Of a DNA stretch of 64,000 nucleotides, positions 42,659 through 53,804 are shown piece by piece (the stretch's first letter is position 1; each line of letters begins with the position of its first letter). Position numbers and translations under genes: made by a program. The stretch covers positions 320,001 to 384,000 of the forward strand of contig CAWIIV010000015.1 of NCBI GenBank assembly GCA_963836205.1. The letters run 5' to 3'. The DNA is from an uncultured Acidimicrobiia bacterium (GTDB lineage Bacteria; Actinomycetota; Acidimicrobiia; Acidimicrobiales; AC-14). The notes under the pieces were generated by a model, which saw only the letters and a program-made list of their open reading frames with translations, ran no database searches and was not told the origin of the DNA.

Positions 42659-44326
42659 TCACCAGGACGGTGACGACCCGTTGTCGTCGGTGACCATGGT
42701 CTCGTCGGTGCCGTCGGCGGCCATCGTCCAGATGCGCCGCTGCCCGCCGCGGGCGCTCTCGAAGGCCAGATCCGAGCCCTCCTCCGACCAGGCGGGGGCC
42801 CCGTCGTACACGTTGGTGTCGGTGAGCTGCTGCAGCCCGGTGCCGTTGTCCTCCATGACCCAGACGTCGAAGTCGGCCACCCGGTCGCTCTCGAACGCGA
42901 TCTCACCCGTCCTCCCCCACGCCGGTCGGGCGTCCTGGGCCGGGTTGTTGGTGAGGAACGTGAAGTTGCCGCCGTCGTCGTCGACGATCGCGATCTCGGC
43001 GTTGGTGGGGGTGCGGAAGGCGGTGAGGGCGATGCGCCCGCCGTCGGGCGACCACGACGGGTCGGTGGCCTTGCCCACCTGGCCGGTGATCTGCTCCGGA
43101 TTGTCGCCGTCCGCGTCCATCACGAAGATCTGCAGCTCGCCCACGCTCGACGCCCACGCGATTCTCGTGCCGTCGGGCGACCAGGCCGGGGCCACGTCCT
43201 CGGCGTCGTCGTCGTCGGTCAGGTTCTCCTGGTCCGACCCGTCCACGTTCATGACGTAGACGTCGGTGTCGCCTCCGTCGTCGCGGACGAAGGCGATGCG
43301 CTCGCCGTCGGGGGACAGGGCGGGGTCGGTCTCGTCGTCGTCCTCGTCGGTCAGCTGGCGCAGGCCTTCGCCGTCGGGCTGGATGGCCCAGATGTCGCTG
43401 TCGGGGCCGTCCTCCAACGAGGCGAAGACGATGGGCCGCTCGGTGAAGGTGAGGGTGGTGGTGGTCGCCATCGAGGTCGACGTCGCCATCGAGGTGGACG
43501 TGCCGTTTCCCCCGCCGCCCCCGCGGGTGGTGTCGGGCCGGTCGTTGTCCGTCGTCTGGCTCGACCCGGTCGGATCGCCGTCGACGGGCTCGTCGTCCTG
43601 CTGCGTGAGGAGGAACAGGGCCGCGATCACCCCCAGGCCGAGCACCGCCATCGCCAGCTTCACCCACCCGGCGGCGATGACCGGCTTCTGCACCAACGTC
43701 CCGGCCGCCTTGATCGGCGGCGCCCCGCCGTGGTCGACCACCACCGTGTAAGGGCGGTTGCGGTTGGGGCCCCGGAGGAACCGGTTTCGGGGACGCAGCG
43801 ACACCTGGCTCGTCGCCTCCTGGCCCGGCGTGAGCGCCAGGGACGCGGGGTTGACCGACGCCACCAGGGCCTCGTCGGGGTCCTCCACCCGGAGCGACAC
43901 CGCCGCGGCCACGTTCCCGCCGTTGACCAGCCGGACCCGGGCCTTGGCCGAACCGCTCGTCTCGACCGTCTGGGGGACGAGGGTCGCGCCCAGCTCGGTG
44001 AAGGGGGCGACGTCGACCACGCCCTCCTCCACCACCGAGAAGCCGGGGTCCTCCTGCGACCGGACCCGTACGCCGAAGGGCTTGGCCCCGGCGCCGACCG
44101 CGGTCGACCGGGGCGGTTGGAAGCGGACCTCGACGGTGCCCTGCGCCCCCGGGTACAGGTTCAGGGTGGGGGGCTCGACCGTGGTCCACCCGCTGGTCTC
44201 GCCCACCACGTCGATGGTGAAGACGTCGACCAGGTTGCCGTCGTTGCGGACCCGCACCGAGGCCGTCGCCGTCGAACCCGGCGTCACGCCGACCCGCTCC
44301 GGGGTCAGCACCACCGACGCTCCCAT
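42659..44326 (-). CDS. eCIS-associated membrane protein: two beta-rich N-domains, TM helix, TolB-like PD40 propeller
   Basis: VRVRNDGNLVD and VRLVNGGN domains, TM WVKLAMAVLGLGVIAALFLL, repeated PAWSPDG. Confidence 0.8.
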   Translation of the reverse strand: MGASVVLTPERVGVTPGSTATASVRVRNDGNLVDVFTIDVVGETSGWTTVEPPTLNLYPGAQGTVEVRFQPPRSTAVGAGAKPFGVRVRSQEDPGFSVVEEGVVDVAPFTELGATLVPQTVETSGSAKARVRLVNGGNVAAAVSLRVEDPDEALVASVNPASLALTPGQEATSQVSLRPRNRFLRGPNRNRPYTVVVDHGGAPPIKAAGTLVQKPVIAAGWVKLAMAVLGLGVIAALFLLTQQDDEPVDGDPTGSSQTTDNDRPDTTRGGGGGNGTSTSMATSTSMATTTTLTFTERPIVFASLEDGPDSDIWAIQPDGEGLRQLTDEDDDETDPALSPDGERIAFVRDDGGDTDVYVMNVDGSDQENLTDDDDAEDVAPAWSPDGTRIAWASSVGELQIFVMDADGDNPEQITGQVGKATDPSWSPDGGRIALTAFRTPTNAEIAIVDDDGGNFTFLTNNPAQDARPAWGRTGEIAFESDRVADFDVWVMEDNGTGLQQLTDTNVYDGAPAWSEEGSDLAFESARGGQRRIWTMAADGTDETMVTDDNGSSPSW

Positions 44327-44434
44327 CGGCGGATCGTAACCCTTGGGTGTTGCCCGAAGGGGCCACGATGTCTGCCCCCGCGTGCACCCCGACGACCGCC
44401 TCCGTGGACTGGTCGGCTCGGTAGCTTGCGGGGG

Positions 44435-46525
44435 GTGAAAGCCGACGCGTCGGTCGGGCACCTCCTGGGTCGGCTGTCGGTGGTGGAGGCACGGGTCCGC
44501 ACGGGCGTGGCCCGGCGGCGGAGCGACGACCCCGATCCCGACGACCGCTTCCGGGGCCTCTACACGCCTGACGCCGAGGTCGACCGGCTCCTGGCCGGGA
44601 CCCGCCTGCCCCTCCGCCCGGCGGACCACGGGGACGACCTGCTGGCCGCGGTCGAGGCCACGGCCGACGTCGCCCAGGCCGACGGCGCCGACCTCCGCCT
44701 CCGCCGCCTGGCCCGGTCCTTCGACCTCACCGACCTCGACGCCGAGCTGCTCCTGGTCGCCCTTGCGCCCGACGTGGACCCCCGGTTCGAGCGCCTCTAC
44801 GGGTACCTGAACGACGACGTCTCCCGCCGCCGAGCCAGCATCGGCCTGGCCCTCGAGCTGTGCCGCGCCCTCGGGCCGGCCAGCGGCGGACGCAGCCGGC
44901 TCGGCCCCACCGCCCCCCTGGTGGAGAGCGGGCTGGTGGTGGTCGAGGACCAGGACCGCCCGTTCCTCACCCGGGCCCTGCGGGTGCCCGACCGCGTCGT
45001 CGCCCACCTCCTCGGCGACGACGCGCCCGACCCCCTGCTCCGCTCCGTTGCCATGGCCGACATCGACGCCGGGGTCGGCGACACGTCGGTCCTCGAACGG
45101 TCGATGGCGGCCGGCCACCGCCTCGTCTACGTCCGCCAGCCCAACGGTGGCGCCGGCTTCAGCTTGGCCGCGGCCGCCGCCCGGCGGATGGGCCTCGGCG
45201 TCCTCCTCGCCGACCTGACCCGGCTCGACGGGGGCGACGCGGACCTGGCGTTCCCCCGCCGGCTGGCCCGGGAGGCCCGCCTGCGAGGGTGCGTCGTCGT
45301 CGCCGGTCCGGTGGAGGCGGTCGCCGAGCGAACCGCTGGTCCATCCCTGGTCCGGGCCCTGGCCGACGCCCCCGTGCGGACCCTGGTCCTGACCGGGGGC
45401 CGCACGTGGGACCCGGCGTGGAGCCGCGACGACCCACTTGTGGTGGACGCGCCCGTGCCGACGACCCCCGAGCGCCGCCGCATCCTGGCGCGGGCCATCG
45501 GCGACGGGAACGGCGCCGGCCCCACCGACACCGACGACGACGCAATCGAGCGGGCATCCCAGTTCCGCCTCCCGCCCGAGCACCTCGACCGGGCCGCCCG
45601 CTCGGCCTCGGTCCGGGCCCGCGCCCACGGCCGGGCCGTGTCCGAGGACGACCTCCTGGGCGGGGTCCGGGCCCAGAACGGGGCCGGACTCGAACGCCTG
45701 GCCCGGCGGGTGGAGCCGGCGGTGGCGTGGAGCGACCTCGTCCTTCCCGCCCCCGTGTTCATCCAGATGCGGGAGTTGGTGGCGAGGGTCCGGCGCCGGG
45801 AGCGGGTGCTCGACGACTGGGGCCTCGGGCACGGGACCACCCGCAATCGCGGGATCAAGGCCCTGTTCGCGGGCGAGTCCGGCACCGGCAAGACGATGTC
45901 GGCCGAGGTCCTGGCGGGCGAGCTTGGCCTCGACCTGTACGTGATCGACCTGTCGACCGTCGTCGACAAGTACATCGGCGAGACGGAGAAGAACCTCGAC
46001 CGCATCTTCGCCGAGGCGGAGCGGGTGAACGGCGTCCTCCTCTTCGACGAGGCCGACGCCCTGTTCGGCAAGCGCTCCGACGTCCAGGACGCCCACGACC
46101 GCTACGCCAACGTCGAGACCGCCTACCTGCTCCAGCGGATGGACACCTTCGAGGGCCTGGCCGTGCTCACCACCAACCTGCGCAGCAACATCGACGACGC
46201 CTTCGCCCGCCGCCTCGACGTGATCGTCGACTTTCCCATGCCCGAGGACGTCGATCGGCGGCGGCTCTGGGAGCTCCACCTGGGCCCGTCGGTGCCCCGG
46301 GCGGACGACATGGACCTCGACTTCCTGGCCCGGTCGTTCCGGATCGCGGGGGGCAACATCCGCAACGTCGCCCTCGGCGCCGCCTACCTGGCCGCCGACG
46401 ACGACCGGGCGGTGTCGATGGTCGACCTCGTCCGGGCCACCGAGCGCGAGTACCGCAAGCTGGGCCGGCTGTGCGTGGAGTCCGAGTTCGGCCCGTATTT
46501 CGCCCTCGTCGCCGGCGCCCGGTAG
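44435..46525 (+). CDS. eCIS AAA+ ATPase (Afp15/Pvc15-like)
   Basis: [41 protein letters not shown]. Confidence 0.93.
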   Translation: MKADASVGHLLGRLSVVEARVRTGVARRRSDDPDPDDRFRGLYTPDAEVDRLLAGTRLPLRPADHGDDLLAAVEATADVAQADGADLRLRRLARSFDLTDLDAELLLVALAPDVDPRFERLYGYLNDDVSRRRASIGLALELCRALGPASGGRSRLGPTAPLVESGLVVVEDQDRPFLTRALRVPDRVVAHLLGDDAPDPLLRSVAMADIDAGVGDTSVLERSMAAGHRLVYVRQPNGGAGFSLAAAAARRMGLGVLLADLTRLDGGDADLAFPRRLAREARLRGCVVVAGPVEAVAERTAGPSLVRALADAPVRTLVLTGGRTWDPAWSRDDPLVVDAPVPTTPERRRILARAIGDGNGAGPTDTDDDAIERASQFRLPPEHLDRAARSASVRARAHGRAVSEDDLLGGVRAQNGAGLERLARRVEPAVAWSDLVLPAPVFIQMRELVARVRRRERVLDDWGLGHGTTRNRGIKALFAGESGTGKTMSAEVLAGELGLDLYVIDLSTVVDKYIGETEKNLDRIFAEAERVNGVLLFDEADALFGKRSDVQDAHDRYANVETAYLLQRMDTFEGLAVLTTNLRSNIDDAFARRLDVIVDFPMPEDVDRRRLWELHLGPSVPRADDMDLDFLARSFRIAGGNIRNVALGAAYLAADDDRAVSMVDLVRATEREYRKLGRLCVESEFGPYFALVAGAR

Positions 46526-46532
46526 GCCCGCG

Positions 46533-49500
46533 GTGACGGAGGCGCGCGTGACCGACGACGCTCCTACCCTGTCCCCGATGGCACCGGAGACGGAGGCCCT
46601 GCGGCGCAGCCACCCGCCGACGCCCAGACCGGCTCGGCCCGGCGCGACCCACGGCCCGTGGGCGCCGGCGGCGGGGAACCGGGCGACCACGGCCCAGCTG
46701 TCCGGGTCGGCGCCGATGCACACCGGCGACGTGGTCGGGCTCCAGCGGACCGCAGGCAGCCGGGCGGTCTCGCAGCGGGTCACCGTCCAACGGGAGACCA
46801 CGGCCCTGGCCGTGCCGGCCCCCGAGCACGTCAACGTGGTCAAGGCGGTCCACGAGCTGCGGCGAGCCATCGACCAGACCGACACCGAGATGCGCGGCAG
46901 CTGGTTCTGGGGCAAGCACCCGGTGCACCCGGTGAAGTTCGACGTCGTCGACCGCGTGCTCACCAACCTCTCCCCCAGCCAGGTGCGCGCCATCGAAGCC
47001 GAGTACAAGTTGGAGGTCGGCCACAAGTTGCGCGACGACCTCCTTGGGTTCAGCCCCGACTACCTCAATCGCCCGGTGCCGTCCGAGCTCAATGCCGCCC
47101 AGCGCTACCGGGTCGCCGCCCTCCTGGAGGGCACCGCCCTCGAGCCGACTGGGGCGATCACCAGCGCCATGGCCGCCGGCGCAGTGCCGATCACGTGGAT
47201 CAACACCGGCGCCATCGGCCCGGGGGCGACGCTGACCGCGGTCCCCTCGATGCCGAAGACCAATCCCGACGGCTCACCGTCCGAGGAGCTATCGGATGCG
47301 GCCAAGGTCGTCCGCCGCAACCGGGCCGCGGCCGACGCCGCCCTGGTGAAGATCCTTCTCGACAAGAACGACGAGGCCAGCCGGAAGCAGCTCATGGTGA
47401 TGCTGCGCAAGAGCGCGGCCGACAACAGCTGGGTCTCGGCCCTCTACCTCTCCGAGTTCGGCAAGGACCTGAACGCCGCGGTCAGGGCGCTCCCGGAATG
47501 GTGGGAGCAGCGGGCGCTGGCCCTCATCCGGGGTGACTGGACCCAGGCCGACGCCTACGCCATCGTGCTCGTGCGGATCAAGATCGAGGAGGCCATGCCC
47601 GGCCTCGTGCTGCAGGACAACGACGACGTCAAGCCCAAGGTCCGAGCGCTCCTCGCCGAGCTCGAAGGCATCCTCGCCGGCATCAACCGGGAAGCGGCCG
47701 CGGGCGGGCTCGACACGGTGAAGGCCCTGCTCGCGGTCCGGCTTCCCGAGGCGGGCGAGGGCGGGCCGACGATCGACCAGATCCTGCGCAACTTCCTCGG
47801 ACCGGTCGAGGTGGCGGTCATCGACGCCATGGCCAAGGGCGACCCGGTGGAGGAGGCGGCCACTCGCCTCATCCGGCTCGAGTCGGCCAAGGACGTCAAG
47901 CCCGACGACGTCACGACCGTGCTCCGGGGCCTCCGCGGCCGGGCCGAGCAGGACGTCCGGGGCGAGCTCCGGGAGCGGGCGACGGAGCTGTCGAAGACCA
48001 CGCCCCCGCACGCGCTGGCCCAGGTGCTCGAATCGGTGACCTCCAGCGGGGAAAAGGCCGTCGAGAACCGGGCCCGCATCTACATCCACCGGTTCATCAA
48101 CCGGTTCGACGCCATCGGCAGGGCCACCGACCCCCCTTATCGTCAGTTTGCGGAAATCCTCGAGTCGTGGGGGAACGTCGACCACGAGATGGTCGACCAG
48201 CTCGTTCGCCGGGGGGGCACGCTCAAGCCGCTCGAGGAGCTCGAGTTCGCGATGTCGAGGAAGGAGCCCGATCTCGACACGGTCATCAACGTATTGCGGG
48301 GCCTGGCGCCGGCGGGGCGACGCAAGCTCGTGGCCGAGTACGACGCCGGGGCGGGCAAGGCCGGCCGACCCACCCTCTCCGAGTCGGTGAAAGGCAAGGT
48401 CGTGACCCTGGCCCAGACGAGCACCTTCATCAACGTCACCCAGTACACGCCTGGTGGGTCGCCGGCCGTCGCCAACCTGACGTACCAGAAGCCGCGGACC
48501 GACAAGGAAGCGTCGATCCAGGAGTTGATCGAGGAGCCCGATCGGGGTGGTCAGGCCGAGATCGGGTGGACGTACAAGTGGACCCGGGACACGTTCGAGC
48601 GGGCGATCGAGGCGGGCGGGGTCACCGGCAAGATCGCCGACACGGTCGGAGGCAAGCGTGAGGTCCGGGAGACGCTCGAGGACTCCCACCGGGCGCTCAC
48701 CGACGCCATCATCGAGTTCCGCAAGGCGGGGGAAGCGGGCGACAAGGCCGGCCAGATGGCCGCCATGCTCAAGGTGCGCGACGCCCGGGCGGCCATGTCG
48801 ACCGACAAGCAGGCGTTCATCGAGGCCACCGACGCCCTGCGGGCCGCCATCGCCAACGCCATCGCCATCGCCGTCGACATCGCCCTGACCGTCCTCGTCC
48901 CCGGCGTCGGCCACCTCGCGGGAGCCGCCCTGTCCCTCGCGGTGAACATCGGCACCAAGGCCGCCATCATGGGAGACCAGTACGACTGGGGGATGCTCAA
49001 GGCCGACCTGGTCGGATCGGCGATCGGGCTCGGCCTGGGCGCCCCGTCGCGGATGTTCGGCGAGGAGGCGGCGGGCATCGTCGGCCGGAAGCTCGCGGGC
49101 GCGGGCGACGAGCTCGGCTTCGCGGTGTCGGCCGAGGTGAAGGCGGGCGCCCAGAGGGTGGCCGGCCAGGCCTTCGAGGTGGCCGCCACGACGGTCGCCA
49201 CCAACGAGGCCCTCGGCCAGGACGCCACCGAGGGCATGCGAGACGCCTACGGCATCGCCCTCGCCAAGGGTGCCCTGGCCAGGCGCCGGGCGGCCGCCAA
49301 GGCCAAGGGCGCGGCGGGCGACGAGCCGGCGACCGGGGACCAGGCCCGGCGACGAGCCGACCACCCGTGCGACCGACGACGACACCACGACCGGTCGCCG
49401 GGGCCGGGCGGGCACCGGCGACGAGCCGACCACCCGGGCGACCGACGAGCCGGACGGGCCCCGAGCGGCCGACGCCGACGACACCGCCGACGTCCGAGGT

Positions 49501-51312
49501 CACCAAGCGGACCCCGATGGCCCTGGAGGAGGGCAAGCCAGTCCCCAAGACGCCCGAGGGCCACGTGCTCCAGATCGTGGGCGACAACGAGGTCGATGCG
49601 TGGCGGGCGTACAAGAAGGCCATCAACGCCGACCCCACCCGGGAGGTCGCCCTCCTCTACAACCATCGGCTGAAGCAGTGGGCGGTCGTGCAGGGCAACG
49701 AGAAGATGGTCCCGACGACCGCGGCCATGCGGAAGATTGGTTGGCAGACCAAGGACACCACGCTCGGCCGCCACAGCCACCCGGTCCGCGAGACGGGCGA
49801 CACGTCCGACCCGAACCTCGTGCCCAGTGGCCGCGGCGGCGACCTGCCGATCATCAAGGGCGACGCCAGCAAGGGGCCGGCGCAGGAGGGACCGCACTGG
49901 AGCGCCATCGACGTGGTGGTCGACGGCAAGCCGGAGCGCACGTGGGTGTTCTACGACCGCAAGAACGGCTACTTCACCATCTACTACCCCGACGCCGGCG
50001 TGCACGCCAGCCGCTCGTTCCCCAACGTCGAGGCGTACCACAAGTGGTTCAAGGACAAGTTCCACTTCGAGCCCGGGACGAAGCAGGCGGCGGGACAGGG
50101 ACCGGCCGCGACCACTCCTCCCGGCGGGGGCGGCGACGACGTCGGCGACAAGCGGACCACGACGAAGCCGGCGCCCGAGTCCGACGAGACGGCCCGTGAC
50201 GTCGGCGACACTCGTACAACAACTCGGCCGGCGCCCGAGTCCGACGAGACCGCCCGTGACGTCGGCGACCAGGCCGGACCGACGCACCAGGCCGGCGCCC
50301 GGAGTCGGACGAGACGGTCATCGAGATCGGCGACGAGCGCACCACGACCCGCCCTGTCCCCGAGTCCGAGGAGACGGCCCGGGACGTCGGCGACGAGCGA
50401 ACGACCACCCGCCGGGCGCCCGAGTCCGACGAGACGGTCCACGAGGTCGGCGACGATCGCACCACGACGAAGGCTGTCCCTGAGGATCTCAGTCAACTCA
50501 GTCCCGAGCGGTACTTCGACCCCGACAGCGACGATCCCAAGGGCGGGGCGGCACCCGCCGTTCACGTCCTCGACCCGAACCTCTGGCACCAGGTCGGCGA
50601 GATCACCGAGGGCAACAATCCCAACGTCATCCTCCAGGGACCCGACGGCAAGCTCTACCTGTTCAAGCCCGGTCCGGGCGAGACCGTGAACCCCTACGGC
50701 CCCGACGTCGGGATCGAGGTCGGCCAGCGCTACCGCCGGGCGCCGGCGGCCGCGATCGTCGCTCGCGCCCTGGGCTTCGACACGCCGAACACGGCGCTGG
50801 CCGAGTGGCACGGCGACCACGGTTCACTTCAGGAGTTCCGCCCCGACCTCGCGCCCGACCAGAAGAGCACCGACGTCGACCTGGCCCGGTTCAACCGGTC
50901 GCAGACCCGCAAGGATCTCGACGCCCTCGACTTCGTGCTCGGCAGCATGGACCGGCACGGGGGCAACTTCAAGATCGTCTACGACGGTGACAACCCGAAG
51001 CTGACCGTCTACGACAACGACAACGCCATCCCGCCGTCCGATGCTCGATTCTCGACGCCCGACCCCAGCCGGCTGGGCCCGGACGCGGGGCAGGTCGGAG
51101 ACCTCGCCGGAGCACCGCGGGCCGCATACCAACGGGAAGCGCCCCCCCAAGTGAGCGCCGAGATCGCCGAGAACCTGCGCAAGTTCGAGGCCAACTTCCC
51201 CGAAGCCGAGCTCCGCAAGTACCTCACCGCCCCCGAAGTCGCCGGCCTCCGAGCCCGCCTCGCCGACATCATCACCGAGATCAAAGTCGGGACGATCCAG
51301 GTCGTGCGGTGA
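46533..51312 (+). CDS. Large candidate eCIS cargo/effector (annexin-like, JAB-like, tandem repeats, kinase-like), broken by about three frameshifts
   Basis: LQRTAG N-motif; frame changes near 49340, 49460 and 50290; HSHP..PS..D; DRHGGN...YDND. Confidence 0.7.
50138..50484 (+). repeat. 60-bp tandem repeat, about 5.7 copies (DVGDxRTTTxPAPESDETAR)
   Basis: Units start at 50138, 50198, 50258 (65-bp degraded copy), 50323, 50383, 50443. Confidence 0.9.
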
Positions 51313-51626
51313 CCCTCAGAGAGGGACGCGGGCCCTCGCCGCTCGCCGCAACGCCGAGACGGGCGATCCGGCACCTCGGAACGTCGGCGCCAGGTCCTCC
51401 TGGTGACTAGGAACGCCGTCGCGGTTCGCGTCGGATGGCAAGGTTGCTTCAGAACCCTCAATCCGTTTTGACCACTATTCTCGGCCCGCCGTCACGCATT
51501 GGCCCGGGATCGTCTCGGTAGCTGCCATCGGCGACCACGATCAGATCTCGCTGGACAGTGGCGCACCCTGCGGTTGAGGTCTAGTGTTGATGTCATCGTG
51601 CTGACGACCACGTTCGCCGCTCCACA

Positions 51627-51863
51627 GTGACCAGCGAACAGACCGTCGCGGTGTCAACGGACGGAATGGCTCAGACTCCTATGGTGGCCCCTCGGAAAAT
51701 GGCGGCGGTTCCTCGCCTAGAACTTGAGGCGAACGACCCCGCCTCCGACCTGAGGCCAAAACGGGCAAAGCCCATTCTGCCCCCCGACGCACATACCGAC
51801 GGAGGGTGCCGACGGGCCGGCACCGTTCGTGCTGGCGGCGGCGGCGGCGGCGGCGGCTACTGA
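51627..51863 (+). CDS. Possible small peptide ending in Gly8-Tyr
   Basis: ORF stops 6 nt before the next gene; (GGC)8 at 51834-51857; start uncertain. Confidence 0.35.
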   Translation: MTSEQTVAVSTDGMAQTPMVAPRKMAAVPRLELEANDPASDLRPKRAKPILPPDAHTDGGCRRAGTVRAGGGGGGGGY

Positions 51864-51869
51864 CTCTCG

Positions 51870-53027
51870 TTGACCTCGATAGACGCCGACGGCGGCGCAC
51901 TTGGCGCGAGCGGAGGCACGTCACCATCGTTCCGCCTCCATCGAAAACTCTCCGTGTATCAGCTCGCCACCTTTTGCGCCGTTTTGGGCTTTCTTGGACT
52001 TGCTCTTACTCTGCTTTTTGCTCCCGGGCTAGCCGTCACCCGCTTCACGAGCAATGGCGGAGATGTGCTCGTAGGAAAGGTCGGTCCCACCCAGGGGGTA
52101 ATCAGCAACCTGCTGTACACGCTGGGGACCTCTGCCCTCGGAGTCGGTCTGCTCGGGTTAACATACGAGGTCGTCATAAATGGGCCTCTACGTGAGTTCC
52201 GGAATTTGACAGAACTGACCAAAATTGACCAGGCTGCGTGTCGTATCGTGCACAGCGTGCTCGCCGACTCAGAGCTTATGGCTGAGGTCGGCCGCTCGAC
52301 CGCTGTCTTCAGTTTCGATCGGCGTCTTCGAGAGAAAATTGGTCATGAGACCAGCGCGGACTACCTTGTTCAGAAATTGACCGACCAATTAGAGTTGTCC
52401 GAAACGCGGGATAACCTGCGCATCGACTTTGCACTCGAACATCAAGTTAGCCAAGCCTCTCTGTCCCAGGAGTATTGGACTTCGGCTCGACCTGGTAAGG
52501 CCCTTCGATTCGTGCTGCGCATCTTTAGGAACCAGCAGCAGATAATACCTCTCCCGGTACGTAGCGACTATTGGGTCTATGACTACATCGTGCCACCCGG
52601 AGAAGACCCGGCCGGTGCACGGGACATGTTCAGAGTACCCAGGTTCTCTATTGGAGACGTTGAGACTGCCAATATTCCGCACGCCACCGTCACCGAGTAT
52701 CCGGAATATGACGAGGCGGTGATAGAGTTTCTTCCTCCGATTCCCCGTATTGCAGACAGATATAAGATCACATTTCAAGTTCTGCTGCCGCAGCCGGGAC
52801 CCGGCGAGTACGCGTACTTTGCTGCTAGCGCCTACACGAGGGCCGCGCGAATTTCGTGCGACTCAGCCAATACGGTTGGACTGGACGTGACCGTCATCGA
52901 CCTCCTACGGTCCTTCGCGACGCGGCGTATTGACCGCGAGCTGACCGCACGAGTCAAGGGTGTCGAAACAGCCGGCTGGATTGATCCCGAAGCGGCCGTG
53001 GTTTTTGCTGTCGGTCGGCGTACGTGA
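51870..53027 (+). CDS. Hypothetical protein with two N-terminal TM helices and a beta-rich C-domain (AT-richer island)
   Basis: 385-aa ORF, hydrophobic segments, GTGA overlap with the next gene. Confidence 0.7.
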   Translation: MTSIDADGGALGASGGTSPSFRLHRKLSVYQLATFCAVLGFLGLALTLLFAPGLAVTRFTSNGGDVLVGKVGPTQGVISNLLYTLGTSALGVGLLGLTYEVVINGPLREFRNLTELTKIDQAACRIVHSVLADSELMAEVGRSTAVFSFDRRLREKIGHETSADYLVQKLTDQLELSETRDNLRIDFALEHQVSQASLSQEYWTSARPGKALRFVLRIFRNQQQIIPLPVRSDYWVYDYIVPPGEDPAGARDMFRVPRFSIGDVETANIPHATVTEYPEYDEAVIEFLPPIPRIADRYKITFQVLLPQPGPGEYAYFAASAYTRAARISCDSANTVGLDVTVIDLLRSFATRRIDRELTARVKGVETAGWIDPEAAVVFAVGRRT

Positions 53028-53746
53028 AGACGGTAAGCAATCTAGTGGAAGCCTCCGCAATCGCCCGCTCCGGCGGGATCGCAGTGCTTAAACAGATAAA
53101 ACAGTCTATGCTCTCCGAGACCGTTCTTTCCGGCGACCTCGGTCCGCTCTTTACTCCTCTTTTCGGTCCTCCGCATATTGTCCCAGCGCCAGTCACTGAT
53201 CTCGTGTCCAAGGAAGACTCGCAGCGAACCACTAACTGGCACATAGATCAGAGCTTCGTGGATAAACCGCCCGAATGGAGCGCTCTGTACTGCGTGGACC
53301 CAGGGCACATTGAGGTCCCCACCGTCTTTTGCGATTCCCACCGCCTGTTCTTGAGCCTCTCTAATGGTTACAGAGAGATGCTTAGGGGGCTTGACGCGAC
53401 CCATTACGCCAGCTATCCAAGCATGGGAGTAAACGAAGCCGTGACATCTGCGACTCATCCCGTGGTTGTGGATGTAGAGACGGACCAGGATGGCGGCCCA
53501 GCCTTGTTCATTGCTCCAGCGACCGTAAACTCATTTGTGGGTTGGGAAAGCTGGGAGAGCCATCCCATCCTCGAGTACCTATTCGGCATGATGAATTGGC
53601 CGGAGTTCACGGAGGTTCATCACTGGGCGGCGGGCGACCTTTTGATTTGGCCAAGCCGGCGGTACCCCCATCGAGTGCTTCCCGCTCGTTCGACGGATAG
53701 TCGGCGACACCTACAACGAGCCATGGGACACTGGCGTTTCTCCTAA
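53024..53746 (+). CDS. TauD/TfdA family 2-oxoglutarate/Fe dioxygenase
   Basis: WHIDQSF (HxD), TVF, ATHPVV, HHWAAGDLLIW...HR. Confidence 0.85.
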   Translation: MKTVSNLVEASAIARSGGIAVLKQIKQSMLSETVLSGDLGPLFTPLFGPPHIVPAPVTDLVSKEDSQRTTNWHIDQSFVDKPPEWSALYCVDPGHIEVPTVFCDSHRLFLSLSNGYREMLRGLDATHYASYPSMGVNEAVTSATHPVVVDVETDQDGGPALFIAPATVNSFVGWESWESHPILEYLFGMMNWPEFTEVHHWAAGDLLIWPSRRYPHRVLPARSTDSRRHLQRAMGHWRFS

Positions 53747-53767
53747 GAAGCGCGTTTCTCCTAAGAA
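53734..53767 (+). repeat. 16-bp direct duplication gcgtttctcctaagaa spanning the TauD stop
   Basis: Copies at 53734 and 53752. Confidence 0.85.
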
Positions 53768-53804
53768 CCAGAGACTACGACCACTGGAGCGAGTGCGGTT
53801 TGGC

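Noticed and set aside
42659-47026. 1455-aa ORF in the track
   Set aside because: Only 42659-44326 is credible; the rest is antisense to the ATPase and effector.
50138-50484. Possible CRISPR array
   Set aside because: Units are contiguous 60-bp coding repeats with no unique spacers, and there are no cas genes.
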